A DNA stretch of 61,197 bases, filler included, from Sandaracinaceae bacterium (GTDB lineage: Bacteria; Myxococcota_A; Polyangia; Polyangiales; JADJQN01): NCBI GenBank assembly GCA_947483975.1. It is 4 parts of 4 records of this genome, joined end to end, with 100 filler letters (N's around TTAATTAATTAA, not from the genome) between each part and the next. Parts side by side here need not be neighbours in the genome. Positions count along the whole stretch, not along the records: positions 1 to 15,316 come from CANKOL010000093.1; positions 15,417 to 30,646 come from CANKOL010000095.1; 2 more parts are not named here. One strand, written 5' to 3'. This document shows positions 12,912 through 22,909 of this stretch, one piece after another. Position numbers and translations under genes: made by a program. Position 1 is the first letter of the stretch, and each line of letters opens with the position of its first letter. The notes below the pieces were generated by a model, which searched no databases, had not been told where the DNA came from, and saw only the letters and a list, made by a program, of their open reading frames with translations.

Positions 12912-14360
12912 ATGAACGAACGAACGCTGGCGCTCGAGGTCGTGCTGATGTGGGAAGGCGCTCCGCAGCGCGCGGAGCTCTGGGAGACGGCGGCGGTCGT
13001 CACGGTCGGCGACGAGGACGGCGCGTCCTTCGTGCTGCCGCGCGAGGCGGTCACGCGCTCCTTCACGCTGGCGGAGCGCGCGGTCGGCGACGACGCTTGG
13101 CTCGTGCGAATCCCGGCTGGCGCGACCGCGCTGATCGAGCACGAGGAGCCGGCCGGCACGCGCGTCGTCGACCTCGAGACGCTGCCCTGCGACGCCGACG
13201 GCGCGCGGCTGCTGCGCTGCGCGCTCGGTGGGCGCGCCCGCATCACGATGGGCGCGTTCTCGTTCTTCGTCCGCGCGACGACGCCCGCCGAGAAGCCGCA
13301 GGGCGCGCCGCTCTTCCGCCTCGCCGATCACCGCTGGCTCATGGCGTCGGTCGCGGTGCACGCGACGTTCCTGGTCGGGATGTTCTTCATGCCGCCGCAC
13401 TCGAGCGCGCTGACGCTCGACACCAACGAGCAGCAGCTGCGCATGATGCGCTACTCGCTCGAGAGCGACGTCGCGCCGCCCGAGCCCGACCCCATCCTCG
13501 AAGATCAGGGCGAGACCGCCGCGACGAACGAGGGCAAGGCCGCGGCAGGCGAGGCGGGCACCGCAGGCGCTCGCGACGAAGCGCGGCACACCGGCGGCGG
13601 CATGCGCGCTCGCGGCACCTCGGCGGATAACCGCATCCCGCTGACCGCGCAGGAGGCGCGCCAAGCCGGCATCCTCGGCGCGCTCGCGAGCCTGCACATG
13701 AACACGGTCAGCTCGCCCTTCGGCGCGTCGGAGGCGATGGGCTCGTCGCTCGACGAGGCCTACGGGATGCTCACCGGCGACGGCTTCAGCAGCGGCTCGG
13801 GCGGGCTCGCGATGCTCGGCACCGGGCGCGGCGGCGGCTGCACCGGGGCGAACTGCGGCTACGGCACCTACGGCGTCGGCAACCTCGACACCGTGGGCTC
13901 CACCGGCGGCTGCTCGCGTGAAGACTTCGATCGGCTCGTCGCGCAGTACGGCCGGAGCGGCGCGATGGATCGCTGCAGCGGCACCGGGCAGCGCGTCGGC
14001 CCGACCACCCTGAGCCGCGCGAGCCGCGTCCCGCCGCAGCCCCTGCCGACCGTCACCACCACGAGCGGCCTCTCCCGCGAGGCGATCCGCCGCACCGTGC
14101 AGCGCCACCTCGCCGAGGTCCGCCACTGCTACGAGCAGCGCCTGATCGCCCGCCCGGACCTCGAAGGCCGCGTCAGCGTGCAGTTCATCGTCTCGCCCGA
14201 CGGCGCCGTGATGTCCGCGCTCACCGACGCAGCGCGCAGCGACCTCGGCGACGCGGAGACCTCGGGCTGCATCGAGCGCGCCGTGTCCCGCTGGTCCTTC
14301 ACGCCGTCCGAGGGCGTGACCTCGGTGAGCTACCCGTTCGTGTTCGCCCGCTCGGAGTGA
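12912..14360 (+). CDS. AgmX/PglI C-terminal (TonB-C-like) domain membrane protein, gliding-motility GltG-like architecture
   Basis: TM segment with SVAVHATF, Gly-rich linker, C-terminal GLSREAIRRTV..H..EVRHCYE...P.LEGRVSVQFIVSPDGAV...CI...W.F...VSYPFVF. Confidence 0.8.
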   Translation: MNERTLALEVVLMWEGAPQRAELWETAAVVTVGDEDGASFVLPREAVTRSFTLAERAVGDDAWLVRIPAGATALIEHEEPAGTRVVDLETLPCDADGARLLRCALGGRARITMGAFSFFVRATTPAEKPQGAPLFRLADHRWLMASVAVHATFLVGMFFMPPHSSALTLDTNEQQLRMMRYSLESDVAPPEPDPILEDQGETAATNEGKAAAGEAGTAGARDEARHTGGGMRARGTSADNRIPLTAQEARQAGILGALASLHMNTVSSPFGASEAMGSSLDEAYGMLTGDGFSSGSGGLAMLGTGRGGGCTGANCGYGTYGVGNLDTVGSTGGCSREDFDRLVAQYGRSGAMDRCSGTGQRVGPTTLSRASRVPPQPLPTVTTTSGLSREAIRRTVQRHLAEVRHCYEQRLIARPDLEGRVSVQFIVSPDGAVMSALTDAARSDLGDAETSGCIERAVSRWSFTPSEGVTSVSYPFVFARSE

Positions 14361-14413
14361 GCAGCAGAGTGAGCAGCAGAGTGCGCAGCAGAGTGCGCAG
14401 CAGAGTGAGCAGC
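14355..14413. repeat. Intergenic 12-bp tandem repeat, about 5 copies of GAGTG(A/C)GCAGCA
   Basis: Units start at 14355, 14367, 14379, 14391, 14403. Confidence 0.92.
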
Positions 14414-14450
14414 GCGTGCGCTCGCTGCACGCCGAGCGCAAGGTGCGCGC

Positions 14451-15316
14451 GTGCAGCGAGCCTCGGTCTACGTTCACTTCCCGTGGTGCCTGCAGAAGTG
14501 CCCCTACTGTGACTTCGTCTCGCGCCCCACGACGCGCGCCGAGATTCCGCACGAGGCCTACGCAGACGCAGTGTTGAGCGAGCTAGAAGCGCGGCGCGAG
14601 GAGACTCGCAGCCGCGCGCTCGTTTCCGTCTTCTTCGGCGGCGGCACTCCCTCGCTGTGGGAGGCGCGCTCGCTCGGGCGCGTGCTCGAGGGCGTGCGGC
14701 GCGCGTTCGCGACGGAGGAGCCGGACCTCGAGATCACGGCCGAGTGCAACCCCTCCTCGCTCGACCGCGACAAGGCGCAGGGGCTCGCGGCGGTGGGCGT
14801 GAACCGGATGTCCGTCGGCGTGCAGTCGCTCGACACCGCGCGGCTGAAGTTCCTCGGGCGCCTGCACGATGGGGCGGGCGCGCTGACGGCGCTCGAGCAC
14901 GCGCTCGAGGCGGTGCCGCGCGTCAGCGGCGACCTGATCTTCGGTCAGCCAGGGCAGAGCGCGGCCGAGTTCGAGGGCGAGGTCGAGGCGCTGACGAGGC
15001 TCGGGCTGCGGCACGTCTCGGCGTACGCGCTGACGATCGAGCCCGACACGCAGTTCGGCGCGCTCGCGAAGAAGGGCAAGCTGCCGCTCGCCAAGGAGGA
15101 CGACGTCGCCGACGCGTTCCTCGCTACGCGCGCAGCCTTCGCCGCGCGGGGCCTCGGGCACTACGAGATCAGCAACTACGCGGTGCCCGGCGAGGAGTCG
15201 CGCCACAACCTGCACTATTGGCGAGGCGGCGACTACGTCGGCCTCGGCGCGGCGGCCGTCGGCTGCGTGAGCGACGCGACGACGCGGAGCGCGCGGCGCT
15301 GGCGCAACACGCCGAA
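14451..15316 (+). CDS. hemW: Radical SAM heme chaperone HemW (HemN-like), 3'-partial
   Basis: YVHFPWCLQKCPYCDF, FFGGGTPS, YEISNY, HNLHYW motifs; cut by contig end. Confidence 0.88.
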
Positions 15317-15416
15317 NNNNNNNNNNNNNNNNNNNNNNNNNNNNNNNNNNNNNNNNNNNNTTAATTAATTAANNNNNNNNNNNNNNNNNNNNNNNNNNNN
15401 NNNNNNNNNNNNNNNN
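15317..15416. other. Artificial contig linker
   Basis: N44-TTAATTAATTAA-N44 (stops in all frames). Confidence 0.98.
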
Positions 15417-16308
15417 CGTCGAGGTCGGCCGGGCCTTGCACGTTGACCTTCGCCGCGTCCTTGCGGATGCGCGCGAGCAGGCCGCTCAGCACCTTCCCGG
15501 GGCCGATCTCGACGAAGAGCGTCACGCCGTCCGCGAGCATCCGCTCGACGGACTCTTCCCAGCGGACGGGGCGCGAGACCTGGCGCACGAGCGCGTCGCG
15601 CGCGGCGTCCGCTGTCGTGACGGGCGCGGCGTCGACGTTGACGTAGATGGGGAACGACGGCGCGTGCATCGTCGCGGCCGCGAGGTGCGGCGCGAGCCTC
15701 TCCTCGGCGGGCACCATCAGCGCCGAGTGGAAGGGCGCGCTCACCTTGAGCGGGATCGCCTTCGCGCCGAGGGCGCTGATCGTCTTGCTCGCGGCCTCGA
15801 CCGCGGCGGCCTCACCGGCGATGACGATCTGCCCCGGGCAGTTGTAATTCACGGGCGATACGCGCCCCGGAGTCTCCGCGCAGGCTCGCTCGATCGCCTG
15901 CCGATCGCCGCCCATGATCGCCGCCATCGCGCCGACGCCGACCGGCACGGCCTGCTGCATATACGTGCCGCGCACGCGCACGAGGCGCACCGCGTCGGTG
16001 AAGCTCAGCGTGCCCGCCGCGACGTTCGCCGCGTACTCGCCGAGGCTGTGCCCCGCCGTCACATCGGGCACCTCGCCGAGCGCGCGCAGCAGCGCGATCT
16101 CGGTCGTCAGCACCGCAGGCTGCGTGTTCGCGGTCAGCTGCAGGTCGTCCTCTGGCCCCTCGAAACAGAGGCGCGAGAGCGACTCGCCGAGCGCCGCGTC
16201 GGCCTCGACGAAGACCGCGCGCGCCTCGTCGGAAGCGTCACACGCGTCCTTCCCCATACCGATCTTCTGCGCGCCCTGACCTGGAAAGACGAATGCGACT
16301 CTGCCCAT
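15417..16308 (-). CDS. fabD: Malonyl-CoA:ACP transacylase, 3'-partial
   Basis: FVFPGQGAQ, GHSLGEY, VSAPFHS, EIGPGKVL. Confidence 0.95.
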
Positions 16309-16328
16309 GTCTGCGTCCTCCGAGAGAC

Positions 16329-17018
16329 CTAGTGCGACCGTGGGGCCGGGCTGGCGGCGACGCTCGCCGCGCCCTTCGAGGGGGCGACGCCGGGGCGGAA
16401 CTGCCGCCCGCGCTGCTCTTGCTTGGCCTGCTCCGCGCTCGCGTAGTCGAAGCGATTGCTGCGCGAGAGGACGAAGTAGCCCCCGTGCACGCGCACCGGA
16501 CCGAGCGCGAAGAACGCGCGCCCGAGCAACAGATCGGGGTCGTCCGCGTAGACCTGCACGACGTAATCGCGCAGCAAGCCCGAGGGCTCGATGCCGTTGC
16601 GCCCGAGGCCGTAGTCGAGGAGGAGCGCGTTCGGATAGACCGCGTCAGGCGCGCCGGGGACGACCGCGTGCACGCGGTAGAAGCCGTGGCGCTTGGCCGT
16701 CGCATCGTCCGGCGTCGCGACGTGCGGGGTGCCGACGCCGTTCTGCTCGACGACGACGTTGTAGCCCTGAATGAAGGGCTGGGGGCCCTCGGGGACGCGC
16801 GGCGCGCCGCCGTAGAAGCCCTTCTTGAACTTGCGGATACCGAGCAGATCGCTCGCGCCGCCTGTGTTCGTTCCGCCGAATTCCCAGCCGAGGAGCGACT
16901 CGAACGTCGGCGCGGTGCCGCCCCGCATCACGGCGTCGCGCGTCGCGTCGGTCACTTCGCGGACGAGGTCGAGATACGAGTAGCGGGAGCCGTCAGGCTT
17001 GAGGAGGGTGTCGCTCAC
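16329..17018 (-). CDS. Hypothetical protein
   Basis: 229-aa ORF with normal composition, GGAG upstream, co-oriented 20 nt before fabD. Confidence 0.7.
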   Translation of the reverse strand: MSDTLLKPDGSRYSYLDLVREVTDATRDAVMRGGTAPTFESLLGWEFGGTNTGGASDLLGIRKFKKGFYGGAPRVPEGPQPFIQGYNVVVEQNGVGTPHVATPDDATAKRHGFYRVHAVVPGAPDAVYPNALLLDYGLGRNGIEPSGLLRDYVVQVYADDPDLLLGRAFFALGPVRVHGGYFVLSRSNRFDYASAEQAKQEQRGRQFRPGVAPSKGAASVAASPAPRSH

Positions 17019-17133
17019 AGGGTGATCTCCGGGAGGGGCTGCACGGCCCGCTTCGTAGCACAGGCACCGGAGGGCGCGGAGCCGAGCCGACGCCGTACGA
17101 CTGAGTGGCGAGGGGCGGCGTTCCTGGTCTAGG

Positions 17134-18396
17134 ATGCGCGCTGTGGCGGAGCCTACCGATCTCGTGATCGTGGCAGCGGACGGAACGCTGCGCGTGGTCG
17201 GGCGGGGCGCCGAGCGGCGCTTGCGCGATCGCGCGGGCCGCTACCGCCTGATCGTCGACTCGGACGAGCTGCTGGTGCTCCGCGGCGAGGGCCGCGCCGG
17301 GCGGACGGGCGGACCGCGCGTCTTGATGGCGGGCGAGATCGTCACGGGGACGACCGTGCTCGAGGTCATCAACATCATCGCCAACGCGAGCTGGCTCGGC
17401 GATCTGCGCATCTTCTCCGAGACCAACACGCGCTCGCTGACGTTTGATCGCGGCGCGGTCAAGCACGCGCACAGCAATCACCCCGACGACCGCCTCGGCG
17501 AGGTGCTCTATCGCCTCGGGGTGCTCTCCCGCGCGGAGCTCGACGCGCTGTTGCGCGACGTGACGCCCGAGCGACGCTTCGGGCATCTCCTCGTCGAGCG
17601 CGGCATCGTCGATCGCGAGAAGCTCTTTCAATATCTGCAGAAGCAGGTCGAGACGATCTTCCACGCGGCGGTGCTCGTGCGCGAGGGGACGTACGTCTTC
17701 ACGACGCCCGACGAGAGCGGACCGCCGCCCCCGGCGACCGTGCACATCCACGCGCAGAGCCTGCTGATGGAGGGCGTGCAGCGCATCGACGAGATGGCGC
17801 TCTTTCGCGAGCGCATCCCGCACGGGCGCATGGTGCCGCAGGCGCTCGACGGCGCGCCGGAGACGAAGCTCGACGGGGACGCGTCCACGGTGCTCGCGTA
17901 TTGCGACGGCACGCGCACGATCGAGGAGATCGGCCGCGAGACGGGGCTCGGCGAATTCGGCACGACCAAGACGGTCTATCACCTGCTCCAGGCGAGCCAG
18001 GTGATGCTGCACGACGCCTCGAAGACCGGCACCGACGCGGACCAGGTGCGCGCGCTCGTGGCGCAGTTCAACGAGGTGATGCGCGACATCTTCGTCGCCG
18101 TCGCCACCTACGGCGGCGTCGAGCAGACGCGCGAGACGCTGAGCGCCTGGGTGCAGGGGAGCGGCTACGTCCCGTTCTTCGGCGAGCGCGTCGAAGAGGA
18201 CGGAAGCATCGAGCCGGAGCGGGTCGCGACCGCGCTGGCGACCGTGCAGGCGGACCGCCCGCTCGAGGCGCTGCAGCAGGCGCTGCACGAGATGGCCGCC
18301 TTCGCCCTCTTCGCGGCGACGACCTCGATGCCGCGGGCGCAGGAGATCGCCCTCGCGCGCGACGTGAACCGGCGCCTCAAGGCGATCCGGATGTGA
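17134..18396 (+). CDS. DUF4388-type protein
   Basis: DDRLGEVL, RRFGHLLVERG, LLMEGVQRIDE and DGTRTIEEI winged-helix-like segment typical of myxobacterial DUF4388 proteins. Confidence 0.75.
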   Translation: MRAVAEPTDLVIVAADGTLRVVGRGAERRLRDRAGRYRLIVDSDELLVLRGEGRAGRTGGPRVLMAGEIVTGTTVLEVINIIANASWLGDLRIFSETNTRSLTFDRGAVKHAHSNHPDDRLGEVLYRLGVLSRAELDALLRDVTPERRFGHLLVERGIVDREKLFQYLQKQVETIFHAAVLVREGTYVFTTPDESGPPPPATVHIHAQSLLMEGVQRIDEMALFRERIPHGRMVPQALDGAPETKLDGDASTVLAYCDGTRTIEEIGRETGLGEFGTTKTVYHLLQASQVMLHDASKTGTDADQVRALVAQFNEVMRDIFVAVATYGGVEQTRETLSAWVQGSGYVPFFGERVEEDGSIEPERVATALATVQADRPLEALQQALHEMAAFALFAATTSMPRAQEIALARDVNRRLKAIRM

Positions 18397-18427
18397 GCGG
18401 CGCGTTCGGCGTCGACGACCTGCACCG

Positions 18428-18457
18428 TTGACAACGTGGGGCGTGGGCCCCAGCAAT
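18428..18457 (+). promoter_or_regulatory. Possible sigma70 promoter for bolA-grxD
   Basis: Perfect TTGACA at 18428-18433, weak -10 (AGCAAT) 18 nt downstream, just before ATG 18465. Confidence 0.35.
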
Positions 18458-18464
18458 TCGGCCC

Positions 18465-18716
18465 ATGATTGAAACCGCAGCCCTCGAAGAGCGCATCCGC
18501 GCAGGCATCCCAGACGCTACGCACGTGCAGGTCGTCGACCTCCGCGGCGGGGACCATTTTCAAGCGACGGTGGTCGCGCCGAGCTTCGCGGGGATGACCC
18601 GCGTCGCGCAGCATCAGAGCGTCTACCGCGCGCTCGGTGAGCTGATGGGGGGGCCCGTGCACGCGCTCGCGATCGCCACACACACGCCCGAGTCTTGGGC
18701 GCGCGTACTCAAGTAG
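18465..18716 (+). CDS. bolA: BolA/IbaG family protein
   Basis: GDHFQATVV, HQSVY, VHALAI; adjacent to a Grx4 gene. Confidence 0.9.
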   Translation: MIETAALEERIRAGIPDATHVQVVDLRGGDHFQATVVAPSFAGMTRVAQHQSVYRALGELMGGPVHALAIATHTPESWARVLK

Positions 18717-18736
18717 ACAGGACTGAGGAGAACCCG

Positions 18737-19060
18737 ATGGACGAAGCCACGCGCGAGCAAATCCAGACGTTGATCGACACGAATCCGATCGTCGTGTTCA
18801 TGAAGGGGAACAAGAATTTCCCGAAGTGCGGCTTCTCCGCGACCGTGGTCGAGGTGATGAAGCGCGTCGCCGTCGACTACCAAGACGTGAACATCCTCGA
18901 GCACCCCGACCTGCGCGAGGGCTTGAAGGAGTTCTCGAGCTGGCCGACGTTCCCGCAGATCTACATCAGCGGGAAGTTCATCGGCGGCTGCGACATCCTG
19001 CGCGATATGTTCACGAGCGGAGAGCTCGAGCCGCTCGTCCGCGAAGCCGTCGCGAAGTGA
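18737..19060 (+). CDS. grxD: Monothiol glutaredoxin (Grx4 family)
   Basis: FMKG, PKCGFS, WPTFPQ, GGCD; GAGGAG RBS. Confidence 0.95.
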   Translation: MDEATREQIQTLIDTNPIVVFMKGNKNFPKCGFSATVVEVMKRVAVDYQDVNILEHPDLREGLKEFSSWPTFPQIYISGKFIGGCDILRDMFTSGELEPLVREAVAK

Positions 19061-19099
19061 CCGCTCGATTCGCTGCCTGAGCGCGCGAAGGCGACGCGC

Positions 19100-19597
19100 T
19101 CAGAGCGGCGGATCGGGGAAGTCGCACGCCGGCGCGGGGACGGGCGCGCACTCGGCCTTCATGTTGGGACCGCCCTCGAAGAGGCGCATGGTCGCGGGCG
19201 ACGCGGCGCACTGCAGGATGTTGCACGCCGGGATCGTGACGGGGCCTGAGGTCGTCATCACCTCGGTGGGGACGATCGTGGAGAGGGCGGGCGCGCACTC
19301 CGTGAAGTAGTTGCGGATGACAGCCTGGTACTCGGCCGGGAAGGCCTCGACGCCAGTGCAGTTGAAGGTCAGCGTCGTCGCGCCGGGGCAGATCGTCAGG
19401 CTGGCGTTGCGGTACTGGCACGCGAAGCGCGCGCAATCGCTCGCGATGGTGCCGTCCGAGGCGGGGCAGGTGGCGAGCGTGTTGAGGTCGCGCACGGGAC
19501 CGCCATCGGACGCCGAGGCGTCGTCGCCTCCGCACGCGGCGAGCGACGCGAGGGCGAGCACAGCGAGCAGAGCGAGCAGCGTTCGGCTGGACTTCAT
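19100..19597 (-). CDS. Hypothetical Cys-containing lipoprotein
   Basis: Signal peptide with lipobox LAAC; 10 further Cys. Confidence 0.7.
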   Translation of the reverse strand: MKSSRTLLALLAVLALASLAACGGDDASASDGGPVRDLNTLATCPASDGTIASDCARFACQYRNASLTICPGATTLTFNCTGVEAFPAEYQAVIRNYFTECAPALSTIVPTEVMTTSGPVTIPACNILQCAASPATMRLFEGGPNMKAECAPVPAPACDFPDPPL

Positions 19598-19607
19598 GGC
19601 GCGAAGC

Positions 19608-21518
19608 CTACGCGGGCGCGGATGGCGTGGCTAGGGTCGGAGCGGGCCCGACGGCGCTCACGCCGACGAGCCGCTGCAAGGCGGCGATCCCCTTGAGCGC
19701 GGCCTCGAACGGGCGGCGCGGGCGACCCTCGAGCAGCGCGCGCACGCTCGGGTTGGCCGCGAGCTCCTCCGTGACGACGAGCTCGCCCGCCTTCGCCTGC
19801 GCCTGCAAGCGCGCGGCGACGTTCACCGTCGTGCCGAAGAAGTCGAGGCGCTCGTTCGCGCGGACGGCGAGGCACGCGCCCGCGTGCACGCCGAGCTTCA
19901 CGCCGAGGCCGAGCGCGCCGTGCTGCGCGTCGTTCGCCGCGACCATCGCGATCGCCGCGCGGACCGCGTCGGCGGGCGAGGCGAACGTCGCCATCACGGC
20001 GTCGCCCATCGTCTTGACGACCGCGCCGCCGTGCGCGTGCACGGCCTTCTCCATCGCCCGGAAGTGCTCCTCGACGATCGCGAACGCGCGCGCGTCGCCG
20101 ACTCGCTCGTAGAGCGCGGTCGAGCCCGTGAGGTCGCTGAAGAGGACGGCGAGGTTGCTGATCGCGAGGTCGACGCCGGTCGCGGGCGCCTCGGTCGCGA
20201 AGAGGTCGAGGAAGTCCGGGAAGGTCGCGACGACGCTGCCGAGCACCGCGTCGGCCGACCAGCCGGAGCGCTCGACGAGGAGCGTCGCGGGCTCGCTGAG
20301 GCGGTTCTCGACGATGAGCTGCGTGAGGCCATGGGGCGCGGCGTGCCCCTCGGCGCTGACGCGCACGGCGTCGGCGCTGACGACGATGCGCAGCGTCGCG
20401 GGCGGCGCGTCGAGCTCGACGTCGGCGGTCAGCGCGAGCCCGAGCGCGCGCACATGCAGCTCGCCGAGGGGCAGCCCCGCGGGCACGGTCCGCTCGGTGT
20501 TCGCGGGGACGCGCAGCTGCGCGAGCACGTGCGGACGAAACGCCGGGCTCGACGCGCAGTAGACGGAAGTCTGCGTGCGGCGCACGGCGGGATTTGCCTG
20601 AAAGACGGCCTCGACGTAGCGGCCGAAGTCCACTCCGTAGCTGACGTCGCACGCCTCGCAGTGCACCGATTTGCCGACCTCCGCGAGCCCCTCGGCGACG
20701 CTCGCGGAGACGCGACAAACGGGGCAATTCACCTGCCAGCGCAGGTCGACCAGACCCGCGCGCGTCGCGTGCAGGAAGAGCCGCAACACCTCGCGCCTGT
20801 CGGCGCCCCAAGCCCGCGCGAGCTCGAACGGGCGGAGCTGCGCGAGCTCCTCGTCGGGGCGCTCGCGGAGGAGCGCGACGAGCCGCGCGATGAGGGCGTC
20901 CGACACCGCGCCGGCGCGCGAGAGCCTCTGCGCGCGGAGGTGCAGCTCGCCCTCATCCGACGCCGTGCGCACGCCCGACACGATGGCGTCGTAGCCGGCC
21001 ATCAGGGTGCGCCGCGCCCGCACGACGGCGGGCTCAGCGTCTGCGCGCGTCGCGTCGTCGAGCAAGCCCCGCGCGAGCGTCGCCTCGATCGCGTCGAGGT
21101 AGCGGCCGAGCGCGGCCAGATTGCGCCGACGCACGACCGGACCGAGCAGCTTGAGCAGCGCACCGTCGCCCGCGAACCACGAGGTCGCGTCGACGACCGT
21201 CGTGCCGGCGGCCCCGTCCGCGAGCGTCACGGAGAGCCCGCCGCCCTGCGCGGGCCCTTCGAGAAAACGCCGCTCTCCCTCGATGAAGTAGCCCTCGGAC
21301 CACTCGTAGGGCGGCTCGTACCAGACGAGGCTCTGCCCGAGCTCCTTCGCGCGTCCGACGTATTGCCTGCGGCCGTCGACGAGCTTCCACTCGTAGTTCC
21401 CGGCGGCGAGCCCCGACGCGCGATTCCAGCGGTTCGTGTCCGCGACGAGCGCCCACACGAAGTCACGCGGCGCCCGGAGGGTACGGCGCAGCGTCGCGGC
21501 GTAGCGCTTGCCGGTCAT
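19608..21518 (-). CDS. Class III adenylate/guanylate cyclase with N-terminal SRPBCC-like and DUF5939-like domains
   Basis: FSDLTGST, VKTMGDAVMA, DFFGTTVNVAAR; central CPVC...CEAC. Confidence 0.85.
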   Translation of the reverse strand: MTGKRYAATLRRTLRAPRDFVWALVADTNRWNRASGLAAGNYEWKLVDGRRQYVGRAKELGQSLVWYEPPYEWSEGYFIEGERRFLEGPAQGGGLSVTLADGAAGTTVVDATSWFAGDGALLKLLGPVVRRRNLAALGRYLDAIEATLARGLLDDATRADAEPAVVRARRTLMAGYDAIVSGVRTASDEGELHLRAQRLSRAGAVSDALIARLVALLRERPDEELAQLRPFELARAWGADRREVLRLFLHATRAGLVDLRWQVNCPVCRVSASVAEGLAEVGKSVHCEACDVSYGVDFGRYVEAVFQANPAVRRTQTSVYCASSPAFRPHVLAQLRVPANTERTVPAGLPLGELHVRALGLALTADVELDAPPATLRIVVSADAVRVSAEGHAAPHGLTQLIVENRLSEPATLLVERSGWSADAVLGSVVATFPDFLDLFATEAPATGVDLAISNLAVLFSDLTGSTALYERVGDARAFAIVEEHFRAMEKAVHAHGGAVVKTMGDAVMATFASPADAVRAAIAMVAANDAQHGALGLGVKLGVHAGACLAVRANERLDFFGTTVNVAARLQAQAKAGELVVTEELAANPSVRALLEGRPRRPFEAALKGIAALQRLVGVSAVGPAPTLATPSAPA

Positions 21519-21520
21519 GG

Positions 21521-22810
21521 TCAGTTGAGCGCGGCGAGCCGCGCTTGCGCGATCGATGAGCTCGGGTCGCGGGCGAGCGCGTCGCGCCAGGCGGTGCGCG
21601 CGCCGCTGCGATCGCCGGCGCGCTCGTGCAGGAGCGCGAGGTTCATCAGCGGGTGCGGGTCGCTCGTGTCGAGCTCGGCCGCGCGGGCGAGCGCGAGCGC
21701 TGCGCCTTCGCGATCCCCGAGGTGCGAGAGCGCTGCGCCGAGCCCGTTGTGCGCGGCCGCGAGGTTCGGCGCGCGCGTCAGCGACTCGCGAAACGCGTGC
21801 ACAGCCGCCGTCGCGTCGCCGGAGGCGAAGAGCGCGTTGCCGAGCTTGAGCCAGCTCGCGGCGTCGGCGTCCTCACGCGAGAGCGCTTCGCGGTAGAGGC
21901 GCACGGCCTCGCGCGGGTCGCCGAGGTCGGCGGCGATGTCTCCGAGCGCGAGCACCGGCTCAGCGTCGTTCGGCGCAAGCTCCGCCGCGCGGCGGAAGTC
22001 GTCCGCGGCGGTCGACGCCTGCCCCGCAGCGGCGCGCGCGAGGCCGCGACCGAAGACCGCGTCGGAGTCCGCCGGCGCGAGGAGCACGGCGTGCTCGAAG
22101 GCGCTCAGCGAAGCGGCGTGGCGCCCATCGCGGCGGAGCAGCCCGCCGAGGTTGATCAGCGGCACCGGATCGTGTGGATCGGCCGCGACGGCCTGCCGCA
22201 GATCCGCCTCCGCGCCCTCGAGGTCGCCCTGATGTTCACGCACGAGCGCGCGGCGATTCCACAGGCCGCTCGCGCGGGGCGCCGCGGTGATCGCGCGATC
22301 GAGCAGGCGGCGCGCGAGCACCTCGTCGCCCTCGTCGGTCGCGACGTCCGCGGAGAGCACGAGCGCGCGCGCGTGATCAGGCTCGAGCGCGAGCGCGGCG
22401 TCGAGCGCGCGATGGGCCGCCGCGGGCTCTCTGCGGCGCAGGGCGATCGCGGCGCGCAGCACGAGCAGGTTCGCCGTCTCCCCGAGGCGCAGCCGCGCCG
22501 CGTCGAGGGAGCCCTCTGCGAGGACGAGGTCGCCGCGCGTGTAGTCCTCGAGCGCCTCGGCGTACTGCCGCAAGCCGACGGTCTGCGCGTCGGTCGCGTC
22601 GAGCGCCTCCGCGCGCAGGAGCAACGAAGCCGCCGTCGACGCCTGCAGGCGGTCGAGCTCGGGCGCCTCCTCGAGGGGTGCGTCGAGCCGCGCCTTCGCG
22701 AGCGAGACGAGCCGGTCGCGCTCCTGCGTCTGCCAGGAGGCGTACGAGAGGACGGCCACGGCCCCGAGGGACGCCACGGCGAGCACGAGGAGCAGCGGTC
22801 GGCGGTTCAT
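21521..22810 (-). CDS. Tetratricopeptide repeat protein with N-terminal signal/anchor
   Basis: Hydrophobic N-terminus; serial 34-aa TPR-like units. Confidence 0.85.
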   Translation of the reverse strand: MNRRPLLLVLAVASLGAVAVLSYASWQTQERDRLVSLAKARLDAPLEEAPELDRLQASTAASLLLRAEALDATDAQTVGLRQYAEALEDYTRGDLVLAEGSLDAARLRLGETANLLVLRAAIALRRREPAAAHRALDAALALEPDHARALVLSADVATDEGDEVLARRLLDRAITAAPRASGLWNRRALVREHQGDLEGAEADLRQAVAADPHDPVPLINLGGLLRRDGRHAASLSAFEHAVLLAPADSDAVFGRGLARAAAGQASTAADDFRRAAELAPNDAEPVLALGDIAADLGDPREAVRLYREALSREDADAASWLKLGNALFASGDATAAVHAFRESLTRAPNLAAAHNGLGAALSHLGDREGAALALARAAELDTSDPHPLMNLALLHERAGDRSGARTAWRDALARDPSSSIAQARLAALN

Positions 22811-22909
22811 CGAGGGCGACGGTCGAGCGCGCGCGCGGAGGGGTCAAGTTTTCGACAGAAGAAACGGCGATGGTCGACACGGCCCGGCGATCGGGCACGC
22901 TCGGCCCCG

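Noticed and set aside
14355..14413. Possible CRISPR array or Cys-rich peptide (LCCS/LCCA repeats on the minus strand)
   Set aside because: Units are contiguous 12-mers with no spacers and no cas genes; the Cys reading lies in an antisense shadow ORF
21626..22909. Long N-terminal extension of the RlmL-like ORF (809 aa)
   Set aside because: Antisense to the TPR gene; high GC suppresses stops; recognisable protein starts at 22910
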